Positions 15,252 to 29,802 of a stretch of DNA of 64,000 nt are shown one piece after another. Origin of the DNA: Octopus sinensis (lineage: Eukaryota). The position numbers and the translations under genes are program-made. Numbering within the stretch: position 1 is the stretch's first letter; each line of letters starts with the position of its first letter. The notes beneath the pieces are model-generated. The model saw nothing but the letters and a program-made list of their open reading frames with translations, had not been told where the DNA came from and searched no databases. The stretch covers positions 14,694,001 to 14,758,000 of the forward strand of contig NC_043015.1 in assembly GCF_006345805.1 (NCBI RefSeq). The letters run 5' to 3'.

Positions 15252-15435
15252 GTCTACCTGTCTGTCTGTCTGTCTGTCTATCTGTCTAATCTATCTGTCT
15301 ATCTATCTATCTATATCTACCTATCTGTCTGTCTATTCTATCTATCCATCTAGTCTATTCTATCTATCCATCTAGTCTATCTATTTTATCCATCTATTCT
15401 ATCCATCTATTCTATCCATCTATTCTATCTATCTA
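14765..15435. repeat. Compound (TCTG/TCTA)n microsatellite, ~670 bp
   Basis: Seen directly; it generates the spurious LSVC-repeat ORFs. Confidence 0.95.
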
Positions 15436-15788
15436 TTCTATCTATCTATCTATATAGGTTATATTTAAAATTAAAGTTTAGGTAGGAAACTTTAAAATAT
15501 AGTATCCAAACCTTGTTTTGGGCATGTTGCTTGTTGTGTTCCTTCAGAGCACGTTCACCACTTCAGTTCAGTTACCATCTTTCAAATTCTACTTGCAAGG
15601 TTTTGCTCACCCTGAGTCTCAAGTAGAAGACAATAGGGATTACTCAGTATGATCAGTTCTTGAACCCCTTGGTGGTAAAGTGAATTCTTTAAGCATGTAG
15701 CCCTGTATCTATAAAAGCATGTTGTGACTGGCAGATGGAAAGCAATGTTTAAAACATCTTAATCATATATATAATAGTGAAATAAAAA

Positions 15789-15846
<58 letters not shown>

Positions 15847-16693
15847 ACTGCTTTAAATCAGTTACCTATAAGAAGTTAGCTAGTAAATTAAGAAGGTTAT
15901 TGTTGGAAATTGAGTTTCGATTGTAGTTGAGAGGAAACAAGATATTTATTTTGTTGTTTTGATATGTTTGAAATCAATAATTTCTTTTATGCAGAAATAT
16001 AATGTGCACTATTGTCTGCAGTACGGACTAATGATGCAACTCAGTGAGAAATTTCTCTGTTCTTTGATCATGGAACTGGTTCTGACACACACGCACAAAA
16101 AAAGAAACAAAAAGAAAAAGACTGCAAACCAAAACAACAAAAATGAATTCATTATTGCTGGTTTCTATGAGCTTGTTTGCTTTCTATATCTGTATGTTTC
16201 AGTATATTAAGATATTATTTCCCATTTTTAGAAATCATCTGTCACACATTCAAGCCAGAAATTCAGCTATTATGGCCTTTTCCATGAGTAATTAAGGCAA
16301 TAATTCACACTTAGTAGACATTTTTATTTGTATAAGCATTTATTTGTGAAAGCAGTATTATGCAATACCACATTCTATAAATCTCTTGCAGGACTTTTAC
16401 TGTATATGTTGCATGTGACTGCAACAAATCAACTCCCTCAAATTACACCTTGCAACCTTAACAAAGAAGGACACATTGGATAATGCAGTCTTAGATATAC
16501 ATCGTCTGAAAAACAAAAGGGATAAGATGGGCAGTTGGAGCACTTTTGATCATTGTTTGTTGGGTCAAAGCTGATGAGAGGCAAAAAATAAAAAGAATGA
16601 ATTAGATAAATATTTTAACAATTTTTGGTAATAACTTTTATTATATATCAAAATATCATAAAAACTTAATAACAAACTTAATAATTTAATAAC

Positions 16694-17070
16694 AGGTGCA
16701 GGAGTGGCTGTGTGGTAAGTAGCTTGCTTACCAACCACATGGTTCCGGGTTCTGTCCCACTGCGTGGCACTTTGGGCAAGTGTCTTCTACTATAGCCTTG
16801 GGCCGACCAAAGCCTTGTGAGAGGATTTGGTAGACGGAAACTGAAAGAAGCCTGTCGTATATATGTATATATATATGTGTGTGTTTGTATGTCTGTGTTT
16901 GTCCTCCCAACATCACTTGACAACCGATGCTGGTGTGTTCATGTCCCCGTAACTTAGCGATTCGGCAAAAGAGACCAATAGAATAAGTCCTGGGGTCGAT
17001 TTGCTTGACTAAAGGCGGTGCTCCAGCATGGCTGCAGTCAAATGACTGAAACAAGTAAAAGAGTAAAAGA
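16694..17070 (+). mobile_element. SINE family A, full length
   Basis: Same head, body and tail. Confidence 0.85.
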
Positions 17071-17510
17071 GAGAGAGAGAACATGCAAAAGTATTTCTTC
17101 AAATTAATGTAGCGAAATATGTCTCTTAGTTTTTTTCTCAGTTAGAGCCAGCATTTGGGGTAAACTATCAGTTTTCGCTCCTGAAAATATTAACATTGCT
17201 TCATTCAGATTTCATAGCTTCCCAAAGATGATAGCATTTGCAAATTTTCTTTCATGTTTGTGTTCAATGCACATTTAAATATTCTCTGTAGATTCAAATC
17301 TGTAGATTCTGAAATGACCAGAATGTAATTTTGGGATGTTTTTTTAATATTTTTTATTTAATTTTTTGTAACTATTTTTTGTTGCTTTAGTTGTATGGGT
17401 AGGAATATGGCCTTGTTGAAAAAATCTTGTGGTTTTGTGTTATTTTTTTTTCTCCAGGAAATAATTTTTGCTAGCTGAGAAGTAATCCTCTCTCTTTCTC
17501 TCAGTTTTAA

Positions 17511-17759
17511 CCCTTTAGCATTTAGATTATTCTGTCTATTTTAATACTCTTTTACTCTTTTACTTGTTTCAGTCATTTGACTGCGGCCATGCTGGAGCAC
17601 CGCCTTTAGTCGAGCAACTTGACCCTGGGACTTATTCTTTGTGTAAGCCCAGTACTTATTCTATCGGTCTCTTTTTTGCCGAACCGATAAGTGACGGGGA
17701 CGTAAACACACCAGCATCGGTTGTCAAGCAATGCTAGGAGAACAAACACAGACACACAA

Positions 17760-17808
<49 letters not shown>

Positions 17809-18168
17809 TACGACAGGCTTCTTTCAGTTTCCGTCTACCAAATCCACTCACAAGGATTGGTCGACCCGGGGCTATAGCAGAAGACACTTGCCCAAGATGC
17901 CACGCAGTGGGACTGAACTCGGAACCATGGGGTTGACTAGCAAGCTACTTACCACACAGCCACTCCTGCGCCTATTTTAATGCTTATTTATTCACATTGT
18001 TTAGAATTAGTAATACATTATCTTTTTGTATTGAGAGTTTGATTATGTGCTTGTTTATTTTTAGTGTGACATCATAGGGTAGGTGTGACAGGCTGAATAT
18101 GGTCAGTACTTGAACATAAAACAGGTATGATACTTGGGTCAGATCTGGCTGGTTTAAATGCTAATGGG
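17511..18168. mobile_element. piggyBac-type MITE interrupted by a SINE
   Basis: TTAA-ccctttagcattta ... taaatgctaatggg; reverse-oriented relative of 51253-51473. Confidence 0.7.
17546..17971 (-). mobile_element. Long tRNA-derived SINE (family A), full length with TSD
   Basis: Head ggcgcaggagtggctgtgtggtaag; internal (TA)n/(TG)n; (AAAGAGT)n tail; TSD ctattttaat at 17536-45 and 17972-81. Confidence 0.85.
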
Positions 18169-21100
18169 TTGAATATTCCAAGGAAGTAACTGACTGTTAA
18201 GACCTTATAAGTTCACTAACATCTGTAGATGATAATGTACTTCATGATCATGTTTCTACTGTCTCTTCACTTCACAGTTGTTGAAATACACTCAGACTCT
18301 CACACATTAGCTCTGCAAAAGCAAAATTCTAGCTTGTACTTCAAAGGTCAAACCTTGATTCAGCATTTTGGGGAACTTTCTGAAATGAGTAGGAAAAGTG
18401 CAGTCTGTTCTTCATATATTTTTTGGTTAATAATGCTGCATAGCCCATCTAGAGGCAAAGCAAGCATCTTTTGGTTGTCTTGTAATGGTCCTTCTGAAGA
18501 GTTTTGTTTTTAGTAGCTGTTGCAGCAACTACTAAAGTCGTTGCAGGATTTTCTTTCCTAAAGAACCAAGAATTTCAGTCTTCTGCCACCTGTATTTGTA
18601 GTAGTTCTCACTCTACCAGATCCTTTCTTCCATGCAGTAGAACAAGTTTTCTGTGTGTGTAGATATATTCTCTTTATGGTAAGCAGAAAAATAGAAATTT
18701 TCTTCTTCAGTAGCTCATGGATTTCAAAATAGGCTGAGCCTGCTTCAAAGAATAGCAGTTTGATTTTTAATATCCACTGCAGCAAGGAATTTCTTTTTCT
18801 TTGAATGCTTATCTAATATAAAACACACACACACATGCATGCACGCACGCACACACAGACACACACACATATTCTACTCACCCAAGTTGTAAGTGAAGCT
18901 GGTTATGCAAACATTTTGGTTTGGACAATAAAATAAATTTTTTGTTCACTTCCATTTAAAAGAGAAACCTGGAACTTTTTGAATTTTTAAATACCTTTTC
19001 CAAATTTTTATCATAACAACAATTCAAAACAACCCTATCATCTATTTTCTGTATGCTCACTTTTAATCTCTTATGTCTTACCTAAGATGTTATTGGTTCT
19101 GAAAGATAATAAATGAAACTTTGAGGATTTTTGTAGTTTCATTGTTTTTTAACAGAACCCTGTGCAACTTGTTTTTCTTTTAAAGTGGAGGGGGGACCTT
19201 TAAGAGCATCTGGAGAAAGTATTGCAGCACTTGAAGTAATCTATTTAAATTGTAATATACCATACACTTTAATGCCCCCCAGTTTATGAAAATATATTTG
19301 GTTAATATTTTATTCTTTTTGCCTAGGAGTTATGTGTGTGTGTAGATGCTTGAATACACACATACATACAGATTTGGCAGGTTCTTTGTCAAGATTGAAA
19401 TAGAAAATTTGCATTCTGTAGGCATATTATATCATCTGCCTCTTCTAAATTTTTTTTAAGCTGAGTTCCTACAGACTGATTCAATCCATGCCAGCATGTT
19501 AAAATGCACAGCAAACATTGAGGATAACTGAAAATGAAATCTAGGAAATTTTCATTATCCTGAAAATCTTATACAAAAAAACCCAGTGTTTCTTGAATAA
19601 GAAAAAAAAGGGAAACAATGAAAGTAAATAAAGTTTAGGAATAACAATATAATAACTATATTATTTTCAAATAGAATAATTTTAAAAAAATCATGACTGA
19701 ATACATTTGGAGTTTGTTTCAAACTTATATAGTTGGGTAAAAACAAAAAAACAAAAAAAAAAAGAAATAAAAATAAAGTAAATCTTAAAAAAAAAAAATA
19801 ACAACTGAAAGATAAAAGATATGTTCAGAAACACATGATTAGAGATTCTTGTGACAAACTGAATTCCACCAACCTGATAAAATAGTCACGGAATTTATGA
19901 TAGCTAGAATATTAATTTTTGATACCATAGAAAAATAGTGTTCATGAGATTGAAACCATCTTATAACTTTGATAATTAAGTCAATATAATTAGACATAAT
20001 TAGAGAGAGACTACATTGTAAATGTCTTCTCTAGATTTACTCTTCAAAATTTCCAGTCTTTGTAATATGACACTTTGGGAGAAGAAGAAATTCAATTAAA
20101 TTCAATTTTAGCACCATTTTAAGACAGTCTATATCTTACTTGCCAAACATCAGACTAACTCTCCACTGCTTGCTGCCATTTAAATTTTAATTAATTTTCA
20201 TTTTGGTATTGTGTCCCTTGCCTTTCATGACAAATATTGTCATTAATGCTAATGGCTTTTGTCTTCAATGTATGTGTAATTTTAATTGATTCAGAAATTT
20301 TTGACTCACTCCATTAAATCCGTTAGCCTCTGTGTAAGTACACAGTTCAATGTTGCCACTTCTCTAATGTTTTTTAGTTTTAGTTTTGTTAGAGTGTACT
20401 TTAGTTTTGTCTGTCTCAAAGCAGACTAGGCTCAGTCTTACTCTCCACCTAAGCTTAGCATATGCATCATACCTACTGACTCTCCTACATAACAGTTCTC
20501 CAAATAAGCGATAAGTTAATGAGCTTTGTTTGCAGAACATAAACTTTGAATTAAGAGGCATAAAATCAAATATTTTATCCTTTACTTGTTTTAGTTATTA
20601 GACTGTGGCCATGCTGGGGGGCACTGCTTTGATGGATTTTAATTGAACAAATTGACCCCAATACTTATTATTAAGTCTATTGGTCTCTTTTAACAAACCA
20701 CTAGGCTGCAGGGACATAAACAAACCAGCATTGGTTGTCAAGCAGTGACGGATGATAAACACAAATACACACACACCCATCCACACACACACACACACGC
20801 ATGCATGTATGCACACACACTCATGCATACATACATACATAGGTATGACTGTGTGGTAAGAAGCTTGCTTCCCAACCACATGATTCCAGGCTCAGTCTCA
20901 CTGTGTTGCACCTTGTCTGTGTTTGTCCCCTGCCACCACTTGACAACCAATGTTGGTGTGTTTACATCCCTGTCACTTAGCAGTTTGGAAAAAGAGACCA
21001 ACAGAATAAGGATCAGGCTTAAAAAATGATAAGTACTGCGATTGATTCATTTGACTAAAGATTCTTCAAGGTGGTGCCCCAGCATGGTCACAGTCTAATA

Positions 21101-23504
21101 ACTGAAACAAGTAAAAGATAAAAGATACACATACACACACACACACACACACACTGGGCTTCTTCACAGTTTCTGTCTACCAAATTCACTCACTAAGCAT
21201 TGGCCAGCTCAAGCTTTCTTATCCACACAGCCATATCTGCACCTCTCTAATGCAGAAGATAAAAAATTACTTTTTAATTAAATAGCACATGACCATTGCA
21301 AGAAGCAAACTAGTGTTTTTTGCTTGTTCTGTATATTTTTCTTTACTTTCATTTTTTTGTGCTTTTACATCCATTTCCATTTTTGATATGTAAAAAAAAT
21401 TTTTTTTGTGAATTCAAACATATAAAGTTTGAAGAATGTGCATTATGACTAAATACTCATCATAATGTTTTAATTTTGGAATAAATATTAAATAGGGTTG
21501 ATACAAGTCTTAGAGAGATTGATTGAGACAGTTAAATGACTTCTACTTTAGAGCCCAGAACAATAATATTTAATATTTATAGGTAGTTTTAACTTATATC
21601 TTTTGAATTAGTAGCTCATAACCTAAACTGTTCAATAACCTGAAAGTATGGGATAAGTTTGGGAGAAATTTGATGAAGCTTTCAATTTCAAGATATGGAA
21701 AATATCTTTAGAAAATATCAAACCATTCTTAATGGTGAATGAGAATAGTGTTATTCTCTTAATCATCATCACAGTCATCGTCATCAACATCATCATCATC
21801 ATCATCATATGTCCATTTTCCATGCTGGCTTGGGTTAGACAGTTTGATAGAAACTAGCAAGGGCAGGGACTGCATCAGGTTCCATAGTCTGTTTTCACTT
21901 GGTTTCTATGGCTAGATGCCCTCTCTAATGCCAACCACATTACAGAGTGCTTTTTACAGGCTTTTTACATGACACCATCAGTAGTGTTTTTTACATGGCA
22001 CAGCACCAGTGCGTTTTTTATGTGGCACCAGCACCAATGCTTTTTACGTGGTACTAGCACCCACACCAGTACTTTCTATGCGGTACCTTGATTTTAGAGT
22101 CTCAATTTTGTTATGGTGGGTGGGTATTCTTGAGTACAGCAATGTGCCACATATCATCATGTTATATTTGCTTTCTATGTTGGCATAAGATAAGGAGTCA
22201 GTTCTTATCCAGGGTTACTCCTCCAAACAGGTTAAGGATCATGACTTTCTTGAACATTATATTATTGAATTGTTATCTATAGCTGATTGCTTTTCCCATT
22301 ATCAATCATTTTACAGATTGTACTGGGATCAGTGCCAGAGAGGTTGTCATGTCCTCTGCAAGACTAAAAGGTCCTCTTCAACCCAGTTGACTCTTTTACT
22401 CTTTTACTTGTTTCTGTCATCTGACTGCGGCCATGCTGGAGCACCGCCTTTTAATCGAGCAAATCAACCCCAGGATTTATTCTTTGTAAGCCTAGTACTT
22501 ATTCTATCAGACTCTTTTGCCGAACCGCTAAGTTACAGGGACATAAGCACACCAGCACTGGTTGTCAAGCGATGTTGGGGGGAGAAACACAGACACTCAC
22601 ACATATACATATACATATATACAATGGGCTTCTTTCAGTTTCCATCTACCAAATCTACTCACAAGGCTTTGGTCGACCTGAGGCTATAGCAGAAGACACT
22701 TGCCCAAGGTGCCACACAGTGGGACTGAACCCGGAACAGCCACCCTGCTAATTTTCCAGTCACTTCACAGAATGCGCCGGATACACTTCATTGTGACATA
22801 AGCGCTAGCATGTTCACGTTGTATACTTTGAACCTGAAGAGTCCTTACAACTCTATGATGTGATTGTTCATTGAAAGTATAGAGTGAGAAGAGAAGTGGA
22901 TGACTGTAGAAGAGACAGCATGGGTGGTTGGAGTGGATAAGAGTATGATGGTAAGATAGTGATGGGATGAGATGGTAGTAGAGAGGGGTAGATTGATGAC
23001 AGAAGATACAGGATGGAGGTGGGGACAAGACAAAATGTGATGGGAGTGAGAGGAGTAGTAAAGAGGGAAAGTATGTCAATCTTAGTTACAGTGATAGCAA
23101 AATATAATGGATGGAAGAAAGAGAGAAAGAGAGAGAGAGGGGGAGGTGAATGAAAAAGGGATGAGAGGGTATCTAGAGGCAGGGTTCACAAGTGATGTTT
23201 TAACTGGGTTTATTGGGCTAGATACTCAAATATTGAACCTTTCAAGTGAACATTGTTACTGTCAGTTTTACAAAGAGGATTGGTCATTTCCAGTGTTGCA
23301 TGTTGTCAATTATCACTGTTCTTTGTCATATCCTCTGTAACGAGGGGAATCTTGATCACTTTATCTTATGTCTTCCTGTGTCTTCTTCTTCCACACGTTA
23401 CATCATATTTCTGAGAATTTAGTAAGATTAAACACTGTTTCTTTACCAAAGGAGCTAACTCAAAAAAGAACAAAGAGAAAAGTTATATACTTGTATTTTG
23501 GCAG

Positions 23505-23598
23505 AAATGGAACTGGACTTAGTTACCTCTCGAGACAAAAATTACAACAGGCACTTTAGGATATCATGGGAGAAATTCTCTCATCTAAAAAAGGAAAG
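23505..23598 (+). CDS. Candidate internal exon (94 nt)
   Basis: Acceptor ttgtattttggcag, donor AAG|gttatg; open frame xMELDLVTSRDKNYNRHFRISWEKFSHLKKE; non-repetitive sequence. Confidence 0.35.
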
Positions 23599-25989
23599 GT
23601 TATGGTACTATCTGCTGTACTTTTAAGACTTTCAGTCATAAACCAAAACTCAGGTTGAAATTGTTAGACACACCTTTGCATATACATTTGTATCCCAGTA
23701 CATGGTCAAAGAAACAGAAGAGTAATGACAAGACACATCAGAACTAACATAGATTCATGACTAGTTATCACTTTTGTATTGCAGTGTGCAGGTGTTGACA
23801 TAGGTCCAGGGTGCATCAAATTGGATTTACAAGCCCTGGTGATCCTTAAAAGCCACAAAGCTATGTCAGAACTGTGTTTAGTCGAAGGCACCAAGAGAAA
23901 GGGCATGAAAGCGATGATACTTGGTTGAGCATTTACATTATTTCCTAAGAAAGCAAAATAACTTTTGGAAATATAAAGTCCAGGTGTATAGTAGGGATTT
24001 GATCATCATATCATTTTATGTAGCACTGATGATGAAAGGGAAGCTCCTAACATAATTTATTTCTTAAGAGGATATGAGATTTCACAGGGAAAATTCTGAA
24101 GCCATTAATAAAAATTTTTTAAAAATTGCTGAATCGTGAAGCTGTTCATCACTGAAGTGGTTACCTCTCAAAAAAAAAAAAAAGAAACAGCAAAACTTTG
24201 TCACAGGGGCGACCTGGTTATGGTACTTCAACTGTACACCTAGCTGAGATGTATATAAAAATAAAAAATATAAACTGAATTAAAATTGAAAAAGTGGAAT
24301 TTTAGAGAAAAATGTGCAAAAACATGATGTCAGTAAAATTTTAGTCTTGTACAATAGTTCAGTTTTAGGCCATTTTAGGCTATCTACTGATAAATTTTCA
24401 CTGAAAATGTTTTTCTTTGGTAGTTTTGTCTTAGGTCAAAACTTAACCAAAAACATAATCTGCAGAGGGTCTAAAAAGTTCTCTTTCCCTCACTAACTTC
24501 TAATGTTAATTCCCATTGTTTTATCTTTGAATTACATGATATCACTGAACAACTCGAATAAGTGTTTTAAGCTCATTTTTCTTAAAGAGCAGGGACTAAC
24601 CTAGGAAAATCTATGTCAGTCTTCGCATCATGATTCCTGTTTAGTCACCTCCTACAACAATCAGGGAAATGATGTAACAATTCTGAAATCAGGTTATACA
24701 CAATATTATGTAACAGCGGTGTATTACTGGATAACTAGCAGCATTCTAACATTTATTTTAAAATTTTGTAAAATTCTCATCAGATCTGATTAATTATTAA
24801 CTAAATGTTTGTTCGATATTGATTTTTTTGCACTAAGCACTAGAATTGCACAAGGACCATGAAGGGGAAAAGGTATAGCCGATTAAATTAGTTTCAATAA
24901 TTTAGCTCCAGAGGGATGAAAGTGGGTCAAAGTCAATCTTGGCTGTGTTTCAATACAAGAATATGGTACTGTAAAACATTTGTTCCAGCACTTCATATTT
25001 GTGTCAAACCCAATTATTTCTTTTTATATTTTCAATGGTTTCTGTCTTTGAACTGCACCACAGCTGGAGTAAGGCATTCAAAGATTTTTCTAGTCAATCA
25101 TATCAACCCCAGTATTACTTTTCTGGCTCAGCACTGGTTTTTACACCAGTAAACATAAACATAGACATGGACAAGAATAAAGACACATTTATACATCATT
25201 ATCATTATTTTACATCCATTTTTTCATGTTGGCATGGGTTGGATAGGTCTGTTCCAGTGCAACATTTCACCACTTGTAAAGTTTTCCTTTTCTGCATGCT
25301 TTTCCCACTTGAATCACTTTATCTTTCTTCACCCAACTGCTGTTCTTCATACACATCCCATCTCCATACTAGCTATCTTCTCTCTTGTACACTATTCTTG
25401 ATTCTTGTGATGCTCAGTTTCCTTCTATCTGTGCTCATATACAGCATCTACAAGCTCACATATTGAAAGCCTTCTCTTGACTGGGGAAACACAGATCAGG
25501 GGAGCATGTGGCATAGTGGGACATGTGCTGAAGATGTTAGCTGAGTGGAAAGGAGTAGCAGAAGGACCTGACCAGAAGTGAAAGAGGACATTATCTCAGA
25601 TAAGGAAGAGGGAGATTTGAGAGATCTCTTTTAGACACAGGGTATTGGCTAGAACAGATATGTGGTTGCAGTCTCTGTATATTCTAGCTTCTGACCAGTG
25701 GTTCAGGCGACAAGGGTCTCTGAGTTGTGTTCCAAGTTCAAGCCAACAATTCAGGAGTTTCCTTTGAAGTCATCCCCAGAGGCTAAAATGAAGGAATTTT
25801 TGCTTTTGTATTGTGCATTTTATTAACTGTACTAATTACTTTTTGCTGACACAAACAATCAATAATTTTCTGTGCATTCTAGTTTCATTTTATATTCTTA
25901 TCATTTTAAATGTTGGTTAGATTGTAGATTGGTGTTTGATTGGTAACCTCTGGGATATAAGAAGGTGAAATTGTTGAAGTAAAATTTAG

Positions 25990-26150
25990 AATCCAAGAAA
26001 TTTGGCAATAATCTGCATCAGCAAAAATTTAATCTATTGGAGAGTTTAAGTTCAGTCACTTTGAAGACTGAAGACTCTAGTCTTTCAAGATTTTATTCTT
26101 CAGAGAGTGAGGAGGAGTTACCAGCTAGAAAAGAAAAATAGGCAACATTT
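25990..26150 (+). CDS. Possible terminal exon
   Basis: tttag acceptor, then SKKFGNNLHQQKFNLLESLSSVTLKTEDSSLSRFYSSESEEELPARKEK*; followed by ~1.2 kb of repeat-poor U-rich sequence. Confidence 0.2.
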
Positions 26151-28425
26151 TTCTCTCTTTTCCTCAGATGAAAGATAAAAGCTCTAAACATTGGATTCTT
26201 CATTGCTCATGGAAAACCAATAAAACTGTCTTCTCCTGAGCAACCTGTCTGATACAGATATATTTTTTTACTGTCTTTCTCAGGTGTGTTTTTGTACCAA
26301 AATGCTGAATTAAACCTGACAATATATGTAGCAAGAAAGATTGTGGTACAAAACAGAAGGAAAATATGTTTCTTCAATGAAATATTCTTTGAATTATTCC
26401 AGTTATTATGCATATAGTCTTAAAATAAGATTTCTTTGCTTTTAAAAAAGTATTTGACTGTTTCCAATAGAAAAACATTCTGTTTATCATTTTAAATATG
26501 GGAAGGGAAAAAAAGAATGGATTCATTTTATGATTTCTAATTTCTAGGTTAACAGAACATTTCTTTTCTCTTACTCCTTTTTGGAAGTAATGTATTAGAG
26601 TGTTTACAAATCTAAGTAAAGTATATAGAGAGACACATGTTTTTCTCAAGCTGCTCACCTAATGGTATATATATATTTTTCTGTTAAGTTATATTTTGGA
26701 TTCTTTTATCAGGTTCAATGCCAACAGAACACAAATTTTATTTATTTATTATTTTTTTTATATTGCAAGTGCAATGTAGGTTGGTATTGCAGCAGTGACT
26801 TTCACCCCTCCTGCTAAAACTAGTATATTCTGCAAGCTCAATGAAAACACTATTTTTTCTTCTCATTTTGCTGCAGTTCCTGAGTAAAAAAAAATACATT
26901 CAAAAGGATTTCCTTTTATTCCCATTTCTATTGTTGTAAAAATGTAATAGTATTTCAAAGCAGTGCTTCTGAAGATGTTGATGCTAACTACTTTGTGTTA
27001 TTTTTGTCTGAATGAAAACAAATTTTTATTTATTTATCTATTTATTTGTTTATTTGTCTGATCGAATTGATTCTCAGAAGATTTTTACTTGAAACTTAAA
27101 GAAGATAATTTATTTCTGAGTTGCTCTTTCACTTGTTTTAATCATGTAGTGTATTCCATGCACTTCCTTCTAAATTCTGCACAAAACAAGAATTTACTTA
27201 TTTACTCGAAAAATGTTTTAAATCTTATTGGAGTCTCTCTGTCTAGAGATTGAAATAGGTGGAAGAAGTTTAAGAAATTAATGTTTTCATTTGGGTCTCT
27301 TTCGGTAATGAAAATTTACTTGTACAATCATTGTATTGATTCATTATTGGAATGTCTCAAATGTTATTGTTTATTGTTTAACCCTGGTTAGCCCTGATTG
27401 AGCAAGACCCTTGATCAAAAAGCTCTAACCATCTTGTCTTTTATTTAGACATAGTTTATATAGTATTATGTTATCAAATGTTTTCTGCTATGTTCAATAT
27501 GGTAAGGTATGATTTGAGAGAGATTTGGTTGCTATTTCTAACAGATAGTGTGAGCAACTTGGGAATTTCTTGTTGGCAGGTGTATGGTGATTCATAGCTC
27601 TTGGAAACTAAGAACTCACACCATTTATAAAGGAATATAAATGATTTATTGTGATGATGATGAAATATTGAATTATGCTGTAATAATTGGTGCCATATTT
27701 ATGGTTGAAGGCTATTTTTAAGTCTTATCGACTAAATATTTCTGAAATGCTGTAGGAATTAATCTATTGCCAGTGGGGCAATATCATAACCTGGAGTGAT
27801 ACTGGGTGTATCATTAATGTCTTTGGTAATATCCTTATTATGTTTGGTAAAGCCAGTTAAATCATATATGAGATCTGTCAGCTAAATTATTGAATTACTC
27901 AGGTAATTAGTGTAATCTAGTGAGGAAATGCTGTGCTGTCAATTTTCTGAAGTTAGAGAAACTGAATGAGGGAAGTCAAGTTGACATTAAAGTATTAGAG
28001 ATTAATAGCTGATAGAAATATATGTAAATATGAAGAAAACTTACAAGTAACTCTGTTTTGGAAAGAAAGAAGGAAAGAAAGAAAGAATGAAAGCTGCATA
28101 TTGAGGACAGGCTTGAGACAGTGATAGAATGTGGGAAACGTGAAGTAACACTCTTTAGTTTTCAAATGTGAGATGAATGCTACAGATATTACAGTAAAGT
28201 GGACTTAGGTTTGACATCTTGAATTTATATAGGTGTTGTATCTAAATTTATATTGGTACCAAATCTTAGAGTTATAGGTATACACATGACTGGGGGATAA
28301 GAACTTTTATTCCAAACCATATGATTTCCAGTTCAGTCCCACTGCACAGCATCGTGTATACGTGTATATACATAGTTGTGTATATGTATGTATACATAGA
28401 TGTATATATAGATGTATATATATAA

Positions 28426-28463
<38 letters not shown>

Positions 28464-28550
28464 AAAGTTTATGACAAAAACAAAAGACGAAGACAGGTGG
28501 TGTACAAAACAAACAGATGTATTAGTTTAACGCTCAGGAATAGAAAAAGT

Positions 28551-28586
28551 CTTCTACGTTTTGAGCCTACGCTCTTCTACAGAAAG
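28551..28586 (-). ncRNA. Variant or decayed minimal hammerhead motif
   Basis: Reverse complement: CTTT / CTGTAGA / A-GAGC-GTAG-GCTC / AAAA / C-GT-A (ACGT palindrome, GTA triplet) / GAAG; lies in a ~140-bp insert between (TA)n tracts. Confidence 0.5.
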
Positions 28587-28623
28587 GGACACAGAAAAAA
28601 CAAGGAGAGAAAAAAAAATATAC

Positions 28624-28693
<70 letters not shown>

Positions 28694-29802
28694 ATATATA
28701 TATGTATGTGTGTGTTTGCGTGTTTGTTACTGCCTCCTTACTTTGACTTTGTGAGATAGTTGTAAACTAGTGCCACTGTCATACAAGCAGTATCCCTCAT
28801 TTCCAATCTTCCATGAAAACATGTCTGGACATTGGAAAATATTACCTTACTTGGAAACAGGTAAAGTTGATGACATGGAGAGCATTTGACTGTTGATAAT
28901 TTGCTCCTCAGTAAGTTCCATCTGATCCTTGAAAGCATAGAAAAATAGATATTCTTTTCTACTCTTGGTACAAGGCCCGAAATTTTCAGGGAGGGTTCCA
29001 GTCGATTAGATCAACCCCAGTATGCAACTGGTACTTGCTTTGTTGATCCTGAAGGGATGAAAGGCAAAGTCGACCTAGGCGGAAATTGAACTCAGAATGT
29101 AAAGATAGATGAAATACCACTAAGCATTTTGCCCAGTATGCTAACGTTTCTGTCAGCTCACCACCTGTTAGAAAAATAGATATTAAGATGATGATGATGA
29201 AGCTGAGAAGAAGGAAGATGGTAATTAGAACAGATTGTGTAATGTCTATGTAATTTTGAGGAGTAGTAGGAATTTTTTTACTGGCTTTATAAGAAGTTTG
29301 CTTCTCAATCACATAGTTCTGGGTTCAGTCCCACTGCATAGCACCTTGGGCAAGTGTCTTCTACTATATAGTCTCAGGCCAATCAAAGCCTTATGTGTGT
29401 GTGTGTGTGTGTGTGTGTGTCTTTGTGTTCATGTTTGTTTCTTACCACTGCTTGACAACTAGTGTTGGTTTGTTTATAACCCCATAGCTTAATGGTTTAG
29501 CAAAAGAGACTACTAGAATAAGTACTAGGCTTTAAAAAAATAATTACTGGGGTTAATTTGTTTGACTAAAAGTCTTCAAAGCAGTGCCCCACCATGGCCA
29601 CACTTACATGATTAAAACAAGTAAAAAGTAAAAGTCATTTCCAACAAAGTGACAAGCAACCCAGCAATAAAACAGCCCTAAGCAACCACTTAATATATTG
29701 TGATTCATACATGGAAAGGAAGAGTAAGAGGAGAAATCAGGGAAGCTGTCCTAAGAACCATAAAATGATCAATGCAAGATTTATAATAATTAACTTCATA
29801 TA

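Noticed and set aside
14655-15375. 232, 193 and 167-aa ORFs
   Set aside because: Translations of the (TCTG/TCTA)n microsatellite
16231-17324. Exon-like segments near 16231-16287 and 17292-17324
   Set aside because: Short AG..GT segments with open frames are expected by chance; no recognisable peptide
26064-26107. CUGAAGA...GAAAGAC-TAGA-GTCT on the - strand
   Set aside because: No stem I or stem II; chance match around a small palindrome
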